64,000 nt of DNA, from NCBI GenBank assembly GCA_002104905.1, contig MCFE01000041.1:138279-202278 (forward strand), given 5' to 3'. This DNA is from Basidiobolus meristosporus CBS 931.73. Lineage: Eukaryota; Fungi; Basidiobolomycota. Within the stretch, counting starts at the first letter, position 1, and every line of letters begins with the position of its first letter. The notes beneath the pieces were generated by a model that did not search any database, was not told where the DNA came from, and saw only the letters and a program-made list of their open reading frames with translations. Below are positions 48,899 through 61,579 of this stretch, one piece after another. A program made the position numbers and the translations under genes.

Positions 48899-50946
48899 AT
48901 GTCGAAACAGACACGACTCCCTTTAGACCTGCCACCTCGCCCTAGGTCGTCCAGTAGCACCCGTTCCTCACCTATCGTTAGTTCCATTAGTTCTTCCGAG
49001 AGATTGACCAGCTCCCCTCGCGAGGTGGCTACCACAACTTTCTTCGATGTGGAAGATTCGAACGATTCCCCTGATTTATCTGACCACTCACTCGACAGCC
49101 TTAACACCCAAAAGGACACAACCGGCTCTTCAGCACTGAATCGGATCCAGAGTATAGCTCGTGGGCAACGGTCCAAAATAGCGGATATGAACCTAGGCCA
49201 GAAAACCTCGGCAATGGCCAATGTCGCCCGAACAAAGGGGGCCGAGTGGACAAGGATAGGCAGAGATAGACTTGGAAAATGGAAAGCAAGAAATTCACAA
49301 GGTATTGCGATCAGGATTTCCCTTGAGGGGTAGCTAGTTGCAGTTTGGCATCAAGCTGGGCAATGCTTTATCTCTGGGTAGACGTAAATATGCCATTCTG
49401 ACGACTTTTGTTCTAGACCAACCCAACGAAGCGATGGATAAAATCCATTACGAGCCATCAATTTTTGGTCAGCCTCTAGAGGTCGCAGTTGAGCGCTCCA
49501 ACATCAGCAGTGATTGTCCAGTCCCTACTGTGGTCGCTAGATGCATTGAGTACTTGGACTGTAATGGTAAGTTGGTGAGGGGTTGCGTCGTCTACAAGAT
49601 CCTTATTGAAGCATGCCGTTGCCTTATTGCAGGATTAACCGAGGTAGGCTTGTACAGAGTACCTGGAAGCGCTAGCGCTGTTGCCAATCTCAAAGCAATT
49701 TTTGACGAAGGTATTTTTGACTCCGCGTATCACGTAGAACAGATGGATGAGCTAAGTTTTCGACGAATAACCCCGTAGGTAATGATCTGGATTTGATGAG
49801 CATATCCGAGAGTCCTCATACAGTTGCCACCTTGTTAAAGATGTACCTTCGTGAGCGTAAGTGCCTCAACCCTCAGGCTACACATTAAATGACGATGATG
49901 GTGACTGTTGGCATATCTATGTATAGTTCCAGAGCCCATTATCCCTCAAGACTTGCTTCGGGAGTTTAATGAATGCCTGCCTGACACTACTGAGATCTCC
50001 CCAGAACAAAGACAACAGCAGCTCAAAGAAGCCCCCAGGAAGATGGCGATCATCGCGACCCGCTTACCTAACTCCAACTACTTTCTGCTACATTGGCTGA
50101 TGTCTCATCTATCGCGATTAGACTTCTACAATTCACAGAATAAGATGACAGTATCGAATCTAGGGCTGATCTTTTGTCCAACGCTGCTGATTAGTTCGGC
50201 ATTATTCACCACACTTGTAGTTAATGTGGGTACAATCTTTCCTCTTCCACGAAAGACTGCCGCCAAAATGCCTCAAGCACCACCGGTAAATCCTAGACGG
50301 AGTTCCAGGCAAGCCATACTGAAGATCCCTGCTGCCAATAGAGGTATTTTGGTTTAAATGAATTAACCGTTTTATGTCAGCATTCTTAATTATAAATCGA
50401 TTTCCAGTGCCACCACCTAGACCACCTAGACCGCCTCGATCACCTCCAAACCAAACCAAGCCCAGTGCCAAGACGATGGCGCCAAGAGAAGGTAGCTCAA
50501 ATGCCTCTGCACCACCGAAACCTGCAGAGGTCCCTGTTGGCGACCTGATTGATTTCGATTCACCCATTGTTGACAGACCTACCGAATCTACGGCAGATAG
50601 TCAATCCTCTAGCAGTGAAGAGGATATCGATTCGTCTTCTAGTAGTGATGAGGAGTCAGACCCTGAAATCACCGACGACGATAGTGTAGATGATGAGCAA
50701 ACCGCTGCTGCGGGTAACAGCGAAGGCGAGATTAAGTTAGACATGTTGAGCCTTGATGCCCAACTTCCTGGTAACCACAGTGAACATCAGTCACCGCTTA
50801 CTCAAAGCCAACAGACACAACTCATGGAATTGGACGGGGTCGACGCTACCCCCAACCCTCCTCTTCAGAGCCCGATATCGCCGACCAAATCAGAGCCTTT
50901 AGTTGATAATCCTTCCCCCAAAGCCACCTCCCCGAAGATAGACTAG
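48899..50946 (+). CDS. RhoGAP-domain protein with Pro-rich and acidic C-terminal region, multi-exon
   Basis: IFGQPLE..VPTVVARCIEYLD..GLTEVGLYRVPGS (arginine finger)..TVATLLKMYLRELPEPIIP..NYFLLHWLMSHL..NKMTVSNLGLIFCPTL. Confidence 0.9.
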
Positions 50947-51162
50947 ATCCATCAACTTACCCTACGTTGTATCATTACCTACCCTTTATTCAACTGTTCC
51001 TGCAGACTGGCCATTTCCCCTTCAAAATCGGATTAAAATGCACGTGGTATTTGGGTTATAAAGCAGATGTTCAATAATTCATTGGATTCGATTCCATCAT
51101 CCCCGTAACTATAAATATGTATAAATGAATGAACAATGACCGGGATTCCTCTCATTTGCTTC

Positions 51163-51941
51163 ATGATTTCCTCCCGGTCCCCTTCACCTAGCAGCACCTC
51201 CTTAGACGAGGCCCCGGTTTCCTCGACCAAGACAGACCAGGGGGCCAACAGACGCCACGCGGACCGGCAAGCCCGGTTACAATTGCTGAAAAAAAGAAGG
51301 GTCGAAGCGCAGGGTGGCGGTAAACAGCAGCGAAAAAAAACGGCCCAGCTGAAAAAGCGAATCATCAAAAGAGGTCGTCGGCTAGCCACCTATCGGCCGT
51401 ATTGTTTCCACCTTTGACTAACCGGGTTCTTTCTAATAGCGCAAATGGCTTGCACTTCCCCCGATTTCCCCGAACGACAAGATGCCTTGACACCGGCCGT
51501 GAAAGTCACGGATCTTCCGGAGTTTTCCTCAACTAGCCCACCCCGGCCGCTGGCTACCTACATCAACCCCAATCCACAGCTCAACCAGAATGTGAAGTCT
51601 GAGGCCGTGGTAAGTCGGGATAAGTCCAACCACTTACTTGACTGTGGCATCGGTCGTACAGTTCTACTCACTTACCACGCGAACTTGTTTGACTTGTGTA
51701 GAAAAAGCTGGAACGAGAGATTGACGCGAAGGTGGAGTGCGGTGCGCTCAGCGAAGCGCAGGCCTTGAACGATCGTTTGGTTCAGCAGATCAAGGAGGAG
51801 AAGCTGCTAGAGGCTATGGAAGCTAGAGACTTCCATAGCAAGCAGCTAGAAGCTCAGGCTAAACCATCCAAACAGAAGCAACCCAAGCTTAAGTGGACGT
51901 TTGTTGGAAAAGAGCGTTGGGAGGCTAAAGGAAATATGTAA
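51163..51941 (+). CDS. FAM204A-like protein, 3 exons
   Basis: The C-terminus KLEREIDAKVECGALSEAQALNDRL..KQPKLKWTFVGKERWEAKGNM* resembles the FAM204A tail (L.W.F..K.RWE.K.NM). The N-terminal exon is basic. Introns at ~51372-51440 and ~51610-51700. The exact start codon is uncertain. Confidence 0.65.
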
Positions 51942-52447
51942 CAAGTTGGCAACCGGTATACACATCACATTGTAGATATGATGAAGATGCAAGTGTCAAA
52001 TACCCTGTCTCACTTTGTACCATGCATGTTCAGACGAGCCAGCGTGAGGTCGCCAGAGGTAGGTGTTGGATATGGTGACTTCGAGCGTGGCTCAGCCATG
52101 GATTCAAAACCGACGCACCATTAGAGCGTCCCATGTATGTTGGTGGTGGCGATGTATTTATTGGCTTACATTTAATTGTGGGCATATAGAATCACGTCCA
52201 AACGGTCCCATGTTACATGTCAAAAAAGAATACAACTATAAAATTACCTCGTGAACAGCCAGCTGTGTCATCGCAAGGAGGGTGATATTGTTGCAAAATG
52301 GGTGGGATGGAAGTACACAGAGCTTAATTAGTAGAGTCAGGTTTATGCAACTAGGATCGTCCTGATGAAGCGTTTGCACGGTGGGGGAGCTGATCAAGTC
52401 TGAGTGGGTTTGGGTGAAGAGTGTACAGCGTAGTGTAGTCATTATAG

Positions 52448-54372
52448 TTAGGCGAAGCACCAGAGTTCCAAGCGATCGCTTAGCGTTGCGTTCGAATGAT
52501 CATCCAACAAACCTCGGGCCATATTTAAATCGTCCTGGTCAGTAATCAAGACCAATTCGTCGTCCTCGTCCCGGTATTTCAACTTTAGCACGCGGTCGAC
52601 CATGTCGTACTTCTCTTGGATTCGACTGAGCAACACTTGGAACGTGACATTCTGGTCTACCAGAATCACTCGAGTATCTTTGTAATGACACTTTACCTTC
52701 AACTAGGGAAGTGGAGGTGAGTTGGATGGATATTGGTCAACTACTACTTTTCATTCGACCTACCTTGCCTTTGGGAATACGGATGGATTTGGCCGAATGA
52801 AGTGAAGTGGCGTCTTCAGTGGATCCGGAGCTAGATATTGGGGACGTGCTAAATGGAGCAGATTCGACTAGTGTGCTCGCGGATGAAGGTGGGCTTTGGT
52901 GCCTGAAGGCTAATGCTGCCTTGATATCAATCCTAGGCACCTCATGGTCATTTCCATACTTCTCGTATCCAACAGAAGTGTTGTGTCGTGATAGGTTGGG
53001 CTTTGTACGGAAACGCTCTGCTGCCCTGGAGTTGGTTCGACGCAAGGAGTTACCTAAAGTGGCTCGTCGGACTAGAGATGGCTTGGGAATTGGTATAGGC
53101 GTGCTGTTCATAGGATAGCCTGAGTGTGGAGCATCGGGAAGATACTGGTCGCGATCGTCGTTCGCAGCCATCGCAGCCCTGGAAAATTGATTGTTGGCAT
53201 ACGGATTTGACTTGAACTCATGCAAAGCAACCGCCTCGGCCATGGGCTTCCCGAAGCCAGTTTTGACCGAAGGGACAGGGCTTGTGGTCGCCATGTGAGT
53301 AGCCTAAACAGACACACCCGATGTCAGTTAAGTTCAACGAAGCCTTTTGAAGCAGTGGGCGTACCTTGCGAACCAGTGCTCCCTTAAATCCGGTGAAAGT
53401 GTCTTTATCGTCGGCAGCCGCAATGAGTCTCGAATTCCCAAGGTAGTCAACCTTCTTGGAATTCTTGATCTTGCTCTCGCATGGGCGATACAGCACTCCG
53501 CGTGGAATCGTGAAAAACCCGCAATCCTTTGAAGATGCATGGGGTCAATAACCGGACATTCAACTCCGCCCTCAGGACCCTTCTTACCTGCGCTTTATTG
53601 TCGATGGCCTTGTCGATAATGTAGTGCTTTGGAATTTGCTTTTCTTTCTGCGCGGCCAACAGGTCGTTCATCCCGAGCGCATCTTCATCCAGGTAGAAGT
53701 AGCACAGGGCTCTGTTGAATAGTACCTCGCAAGCGTACAACTTGAAGTCAAGCCCAAGCTGTGCATAATCGATGTAAAGATTGCCACGAAGATACTGGGG
53801 CCCAGAGGGAGATGGCATGAGTACATTAAGATAGCATGGTCGTTAGTCCGATACCTAAGTAACTTACCAGCAGCGCATCATTGAAATCCTCAAACGCCGC
53901 TTCAAAATCCTTAAGAATCATATTCGAGACTCCCTTCTGGAAATAGGCTACAGCGAAGTACTGATCAAGTTGCAACGCCGAGGTATACGCCCTCACCTAC
54001 ATCGAGGAAATTGCATATTAGTATCGCCCGGTTAGTACCAAAACAGACCCGGAATCATGCCGCTTACCGCAGACTCGTGTTCGTTAAGGGTACTCAGGAT
54101 CAACCCGATGTTGAAAAAGGTTTTGGCGGATTCGCCTACGCACTACATCAAGAACGCGTGAAAACCTATCCGTGGTTGGTGCAGGTAAAGAGTGCATCTC
54201 CATACCTCGAATAGCTCAAGCGCATGCTCGTATTGCTTTTCATCGAAGGCTTTTGCGGCCATCTGCCATTGCTCAAGTTCCAGCTTTATTGTAAGAATGG
54301 TAGGCGTTGGATTAGCAACGGGGTGAACTTCTACACCACCAAATTTCAAGGCTTACCTTCATCAACGACATG
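52448..54372 (-). CDS. noxR: NADPH oxidase regulator NoxR (p67phox-like: TPR, activation region, PB1)
   Basis: MSLMKLELEQWQMAAKAFD..LDQYFAVAYFQKGVSN..LRGNLYIDYAQLGLDFKLYACEVLFNRALCY..FSIPRGVLYRP..KVDYLGNSRLIAA..FTGF, then the C-terminal PB1 KVKCHYKDTRVILV..LKYRDEDDELVLITDQDDL. Confidence 0.93.
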
Positions 54373-55239
54373 GTGTTATACAACAAAGGAGGCGGTCTAT
54401 AAAGAGTAGTTTAAGCCTCGAGCCAGCGACGGGGTAAAGAAGAGTTAACAGGGGCAGGAAAGTAGACGATGCGGGGATTAGGGTGGGAAAAGTCAGCACG
54501 GATTAATTCCTTGGCAGAGGAAAAAAGGTGTAGACGTGTGGAGGGAAATTTAGAGAATCGAAGTAGGGAAGCACTAGCGAATTTATTGCTCCATGGATGG
54601 AGGCTGGATTCTTACTGCACAGCGAATTTCGAATCCCGATTAAGGAATGGCCAGTCACTCCAGAATAACCGATTTGTTTGAAATCCGGTGTTCAGGTGCC
54701 ACATGTAGCTCGTCAGAGGTTGCCAGTACACCAGCAATAATTTCCTGAAGAAACGAAGCCATCATCTTCATGTGCTAGATTGTCCATCATTAGATCGAGA
54801 TCCCCGGTCTGAAAACATGGCCTTGTATCTCTCGCAATAAGTTCAAACTGTCAACACGCACTGTATAGAAGCCCCCATTCTGCTTTGGCTACTGGATGAA
54901 TCAGAGTCTCTGCTGTGTTTCAACTGTGGCACTTAAACACCGCCCAATAGCCACCCGGGGCAATTCTTTTACTTCGTGTGGAGTTGAGATTCGGCTGAGC
55001 TTAATACAATCCACATCCATTGCTAAAACCCAACACTAAACACCATATCAGCCCTAGGCAATCCAATATCGATCACTTTCTCCTCTCGCTCCCAAATGGA
55101 CAATTGTTAATTACCCTCCTCGCCCTAGCCCCCGATGATTGGCCGTCAAATGCCATGCCAAGTGTGTATCGTCCCAGATATTTTTATCCCCTCTGGCACC
55201 AATCAGAGCACACTTTCTCAGGATGGACAACTTCTCGTT

Positions 55240-56900
55240 AAGAGGCAAAACTCGTTTCATTTGTGTGACAAACTATGATTGATAGGTGGTTGGCTGGCCT
55301 ATGAATACCGGTTCCAAGCTTAATATTCCAGAAACCATGCAAATTGGACCTTTGTTTGGCGACCATTAAGCCTTGACCAGCGTGTATAATTTGTTGATCT
55401 GGTACAATCAGGTAGAGTGCAGCATTGGAGTGCCATCGTGTTACATCACTCATAGGCTTCCAAAGGCCTAAAGATAAAGGCCAGTCCTACAGAATGGCCC
55501 AGTCCCGAAATCTAGACCGTGCCATACCTCTCGGGGCCGCTTCCCACCAGTGGCCTCGAAACCCGTCGAGAACTTGTGAAGAATCTTGCCCTGCAAGCCA
55601 GGGGGACTCCGACTATTCAAGGTATGTATAAATTGAGCGAACTGTCCATCATAAAGTTGATGATGCAGAAGGGTACAACATGAATTAATTCATTGAATCT
55701 GTGACTCGAACACTTACCTAAACAGCCTAGTGAGGGTGCTAGTCCACTAAGCTATCCGAGATAGGAAACGGTGCAAAGTAGTGGAAAATTGACATCGGAG
55801 CAACCCTGGAAAGGGAGAACCTCTACACGGCGTGCTCCAGCATCAACCGATTAATTGCCAATTAGACCATATGCAGAGGGGAACGGATGTCATGATATGT
55901 GATAAATGTGTCCCAGGGGATCTTTCGGTACAAGGATCAATCATATTTCCCAAGCTTTGTCACTTCCACCGTTCCCTAGGATGTTATCCGCTTACGTGAG
56001 CGTATCGTTATCCAGTTTGAAGACGAGAAACCTGGCTTCCTGATACCTTCAATAGATGAATCATAAGTATCCTTCTGTTACACGTTGCATTCAATGAACG
56101 TCACCATGGGAAGTGATTTTCCTATCAATAGTGATCGCTTTACCTGAAGGAAATGATCCCCTGCAACTGCTCAGCGGGTTTATTAATTTGGTCCGTTCTA
56201 TTAGCGGCTAGTATTTGACACTCCCGCTCGGATGAGACCAACTGGCAGGGCACGGATGCAGCCCGTGAATTGGACCCTTGCTAATGATGGTCCTCCTCAT
56301 ATGTAGGCCGGAACATAGCTGTATCCAATGGAGGCAGCAATTCCTTCATTATTCTCTAACCACTCATACCTTACTGGCTCAAGACAATAGGTGATGGAAT
56401 TGAAGCCTAGGTCATGTGCACCATGCTCATAGATGTTTGCTTGCGGTTAAAATTTACCGGACATAGAATGGTTACAGTTACACCAATGAGACCTCGTGGG
56501 TATAGGAACATGGTATCATTTGCGACTAGGCGCTATGGGTTTCGGAGTTATTAGGTTGCTGGTCATCTTGTAATCCTTTACACCAATAGGTGGGGGTTGA
56601 AGTAAAGAAGCAAATCATCTACATAGCTGTGGTGCCCGTTCATTCTTGTTAGTGCTCTACGTGCGACGGGACCCTTGAATACCTGGTGGTCACGTAGGCG
56701 GAATTAGGCATGATCTACATGGAGTATCTACCACCATACTATTGTTTGCTTTGATGCGAGGTACAAATTGCAGGCCATGATTTCCTTCTGCACATAGTTT
56801 AAACGACCCGCTGGTTGGTTACACACTACTACTGTGACGCTGAGGGCATTCAAGCTCTTCCTTATACTTAGCCCGCCTATGATTTGTCACAAAGTATACT
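55240..56900 (-). mobile_element. Heavily decayed Ty3/Gypsy pol relic (RNase H to integrase); boundaries approximate
   Basis: Minus-strand fragments in Gypsy order, broken by stops and frameshifts: NYVQKEIMA (cf. NY...EKELLA), LHVDHA (cf. TDH), KGPVARRAL-QE (cf. GR.ARW...LQE), AHDLGF..TY, and IQLC..GLHPCP (integrase zinc-finger region and G.L.PLP). No LTRs were found. Confidence 0.45.
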
Positions 56901-57613
56901 TGATACCTCCCCCTGTGATGCGGTGCGAAAAACACTGCCTTGCATTCCATCTAACGACACTCGAAAGGTTTTAGATTAATAATAAAGGGGGAATTGTAAG
57001 TGTACTACAGGCTAGTCAATTATCTCAGTTTCATGGCCTGAAGTGCGAGGAGTTCCAAAAACCAACGATTCTCCTGTTGCCCGTAAATATGGTGACTGAA
57101 TAGTAGAATAGGTTTCATGATTTGCATATGACAGTGTGACTGAAAGTTCATATGTCTCATACTTCCATCATCAACACTAACCCTCAGTTGTAACTTCAAA
57201 AAAGCTTTGACTTTTGCTATTTTCCATAAAGTGTTTCTACCTTTTTGATCAGAAATCTATATTATATGCTCAAAACTATTCAATTACAGCACTTGCTACG
57301 AGGCCTTTGTTCAAGTAAACAACAATACATCCATTCATCGACAGTGCTGTTTGATATCTAGCCAAGTCATTATTCAATTTTTTGGAACGGTTGTAACATT
57401 CAAAACAAAAGTTTCACTGTATCAGAAATTTCAAGATTGGATTTTCTGAACTTTAAACAGCATTCTTTGAATCTTGTGGTAGTACTCCACTGAAATACAG
57501 CACTAAATCTTTATCTATGTGACTAAATTAACATACATAGCTAGATATAAACGCAAAGTTTTCATTGTATTATCTGTTGTAAATATTTAGTTTACACGTA
57601 GACCGTATGTATA

Positions 57614-57909
57614 CCCTAAGAGAAAAATTAAGAAAAGGCCAGCAGAATACCATCATAATATCAACGGAATTCCAAGTTTCACTAAGCTTTCAACACTCAA
57701 TATCTCGGGCACTAGCTACATGGCAAACAAGCAAACATATTTTCCAGGAGGAGACTATGCCAACTAGCATTCATACCAAATTTGGTCATCAGCTACTTAC
57801 TACTTCAACCAACAACTGCAACTAAAAATACCAGCTGAATGCCAACAAAATACTGTTAGAATACCAGCAGATTATCAGATGAATTCCAGCTTTGAGATTT
57901 TTCATAGGG
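57614..57909 (+). mobile_element. MITE-like element, copy C (296 bp)
   Basis: Ends are CCCTAAGAGAAAAAT...ATTTTTCATAGGG. Colinear with copy A (shared AAAAGGCCAGCA.AATACCATCAT, CTCAATATCTC, CCAGGAGGAGACTA, CATACCAAATTTGGT, ATCAGATGAATTCCA). Confidence 0.75.
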
Positions 57910-58179
57910 ATAGCGTAAGACTCTACTTGACTTGTAGCCAAGTCATGAAGTACTTGCTCAATATTTAGTTTGTGAGATATTAATGAATTCTGAGAATCAG
58001 TGAAGGCCTGGAAGTTATGAATATGAAGTCTTTTCTGTTAATTATTACTAATAAATACTTGCATCGAGCTGCACAATATTCTAAACAACAAGTTATATAG
58101 TAAGCTTTGAAATTGCACCTAGATACTCCATTAACTTAGTCTTTTAGCTCAATATATGTAAGTCTTAGAATATCCTGCC

Positions 58180-58260
58180 TAAATTTGTTGTTGGTGCTCA
58201 ATCAGAATACTTCACCCAAATATCAGTTTCCAGAACATGAAAAATTTCAAGGTTGTCCAA
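58180..58260 (+). repeat. Fragment of repeat family B
   Basis: Matches ~37370-37450, the insert inside MITE copy B. Confidence 0.5.
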
Positions 58261-60609
58261 AGGCCCCAAAACTCTACACACATGCTCTTGAGACTTTTCT
58301 TGGCATATTTTACATGTTTTTTTCCCAAGACTGTGTAAAGATATATATTACACTTTCACATTCAATAAATCAGCATGTGGAAACTGTTGTTGTGTTTTAT
58401 CTCCAAAATTCGCAACAAGGCCAGTGGTCTGGCTTTGTATCTTGCACAAATAGAGAGTAGATGGAGGTCTATAAATTACATGGATTCAAAGACCCTTGAA
58501 TATCAGCTAGGATTGTAAGGAATTATTCATATCCATATCTATATTCCTTGTGTGTACAAGAACCAAGTCATAAATAGCCACAACAGAAAGCGGACACTTC
58601 CGTTCACACTGACGGAGTCAATTTGCTAGAGAAAGCAGTCACTATGGTTAGTGTCAGTTCGAAGTCCAATTATGTATACATCCATTGTCAATTATCAGAA
58701 TTGTACACTTTCTCTGCACAACATCGCACATTGGTTGAGCGTAAGTAGGAGCATTGGTTGTAAAAGAGATTCCTTGTAATCTATTTTCAAGCTACAGGAA
58801 TACTTGCTGACACTCATTCCAAGCACACCCTGGTGCCTACTAGGCTGACCCCTATATTTTTGGCGCTGGGTAGATACGTTGGGTGTCTGCCAGTTTCCGC
58901 AAAGCTATTGATCCACTATTCTTACAGGTGGCAATGTTATGGTATCATACCTCTATATGCTAAGGTGTAGCTTCTGGCGACCGGAATTTGCCTATCCGCA
59001 TCTATAGGTCTTTTAATGGTGATAAGCTAGCAACAAGTATGGTGGTCATTTGCAAGTGGTGGGAAGTGGGAGACATGAAAAAGACGGGGGTATTGAAGGA
59101 GAGGAGGATATCCCCTGAATGGGTTGCTGGCTGATAGTGCAGGATTGATACATTTTACTGTACATTACGGCGGTGTCAATGGCCATGATGTTTTGGAGGG
59201 GTTTGGAAAGGCGTGGGTGAGAGAAGGGGGTTTCAGGTAGCTTCAATAATTCACCTCCCGAACCATCTTCAAAACAAATCGAGGTTGGTTAAACCAGGTT
59301 GCAATTCTGATCACTAATTGATGCACTAGGAATGGGAGATTCGGGTTCCGGAGAAGGTAGGGGTGAAGGGAACCCCTGGACCAGGAAGATCAGGGGGAAT
59401 CCTAGCATCATCATGTGTTCTGACGTAAACACCAACCCCGAGTATTTTAGGCTATTAGTTAGCAGTTTCCCCTCTGAAGAACATTCCCTCCGAACAATGA
59501 GGGATTTCTTGTGGCTAGTCAGGTCAAACCTCTTGGGGTTTCCGCTTGGCCCGAATAAATCGGCAGCTCATAAAGACTCCGGCAAGCGTATGGTGCGTGA
59601 TTATGAGCTATCCCTCACCTTGCATAGGCATAGATTTACCTCTGGAGATTGAGTTCTTGCCGAACTTTCACATGCTCGAATTCATACTGATGCTGGGTTG
59701 TTGCAGGAGGTGGAAAAAGATGCAAGCAGCACATTCATCATAATGCCGAATGCGTACCTACGGCCCGTTCATTCATGATCGTGTGACAACTCCCTGACTT
59801 ATCCTCCGAGTATCTCGGCCCGTGTGAAGCATCCAAAGTACACAAGCTAACATGCATCGAATCTCACTTCTATTCAGTCACACCAGTTTAACCAATGAGC
59901 ACCAGGTAAAATGGAGGGGGCCAATTGATGTCGACTCTGCACCAACAAACACCCTAGTGGAAAACGATGGAGCTCCAAATTGATGATTTCTAGGTGGACC
60001 GGATCTATTGGGGACGATCCCGGAACGTCCCCTGGTCACTTGGCATTAAAGGTTACTAGCCCGCAGTTCCATATCCGTCGTCATCCACGAAATATAGATA
60101 GAAGCTTGGACAAGCTCGCTGCAAAACGGATTATCACGTATCTGGATCCCTCAATTCACCAATGAGTGATCTCCGTTCGAATTGCCTACGCTGAAGTGCC
60201 AGTAGACTACTCGATCTCTTGGGAGCACCTCCACCGGACTCCAGATGATCGTTCGGTTAGGCGAAGATCCTTGGTGGTCTAGTCATCCATGGCCTATCCC
60301 CCAATGAACAAGTCTCCCACTGGAGGCATGTATATTAAAGTGACAAATGAACTCTCCGGCATGGTCAACGCAGGACCGAAACCATTGGCAGCAACTTAAT
60401 CCATCAAACCCTGATGGAACGTGAGCAGGCCAGAATGATTTTGGAGATGACCGATAGGCCAAGATTAAAGTGCCCGAAACATTTATTACGTCAATGGGTG
60501 GTACATGGCCAGGAGATGGTAATTTAGAGTTTCAACTCTGCTTCCAGCCACGACCAATGAGTGGGAAGTTCCGTTGAGTAAGGATGGGGAAATGAGTGGT
60601 ATGATGGGT

Positions 60610-61579
<970 letters not shown>

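Noticed and set aside
59046-60480. Ser/Pro-rich minus-strand reading and short ORFs downstream of IDI1
   Set aside because: Interrupted by stops with no domain signature; cannot tell a pseudogene from non-coding DNA.
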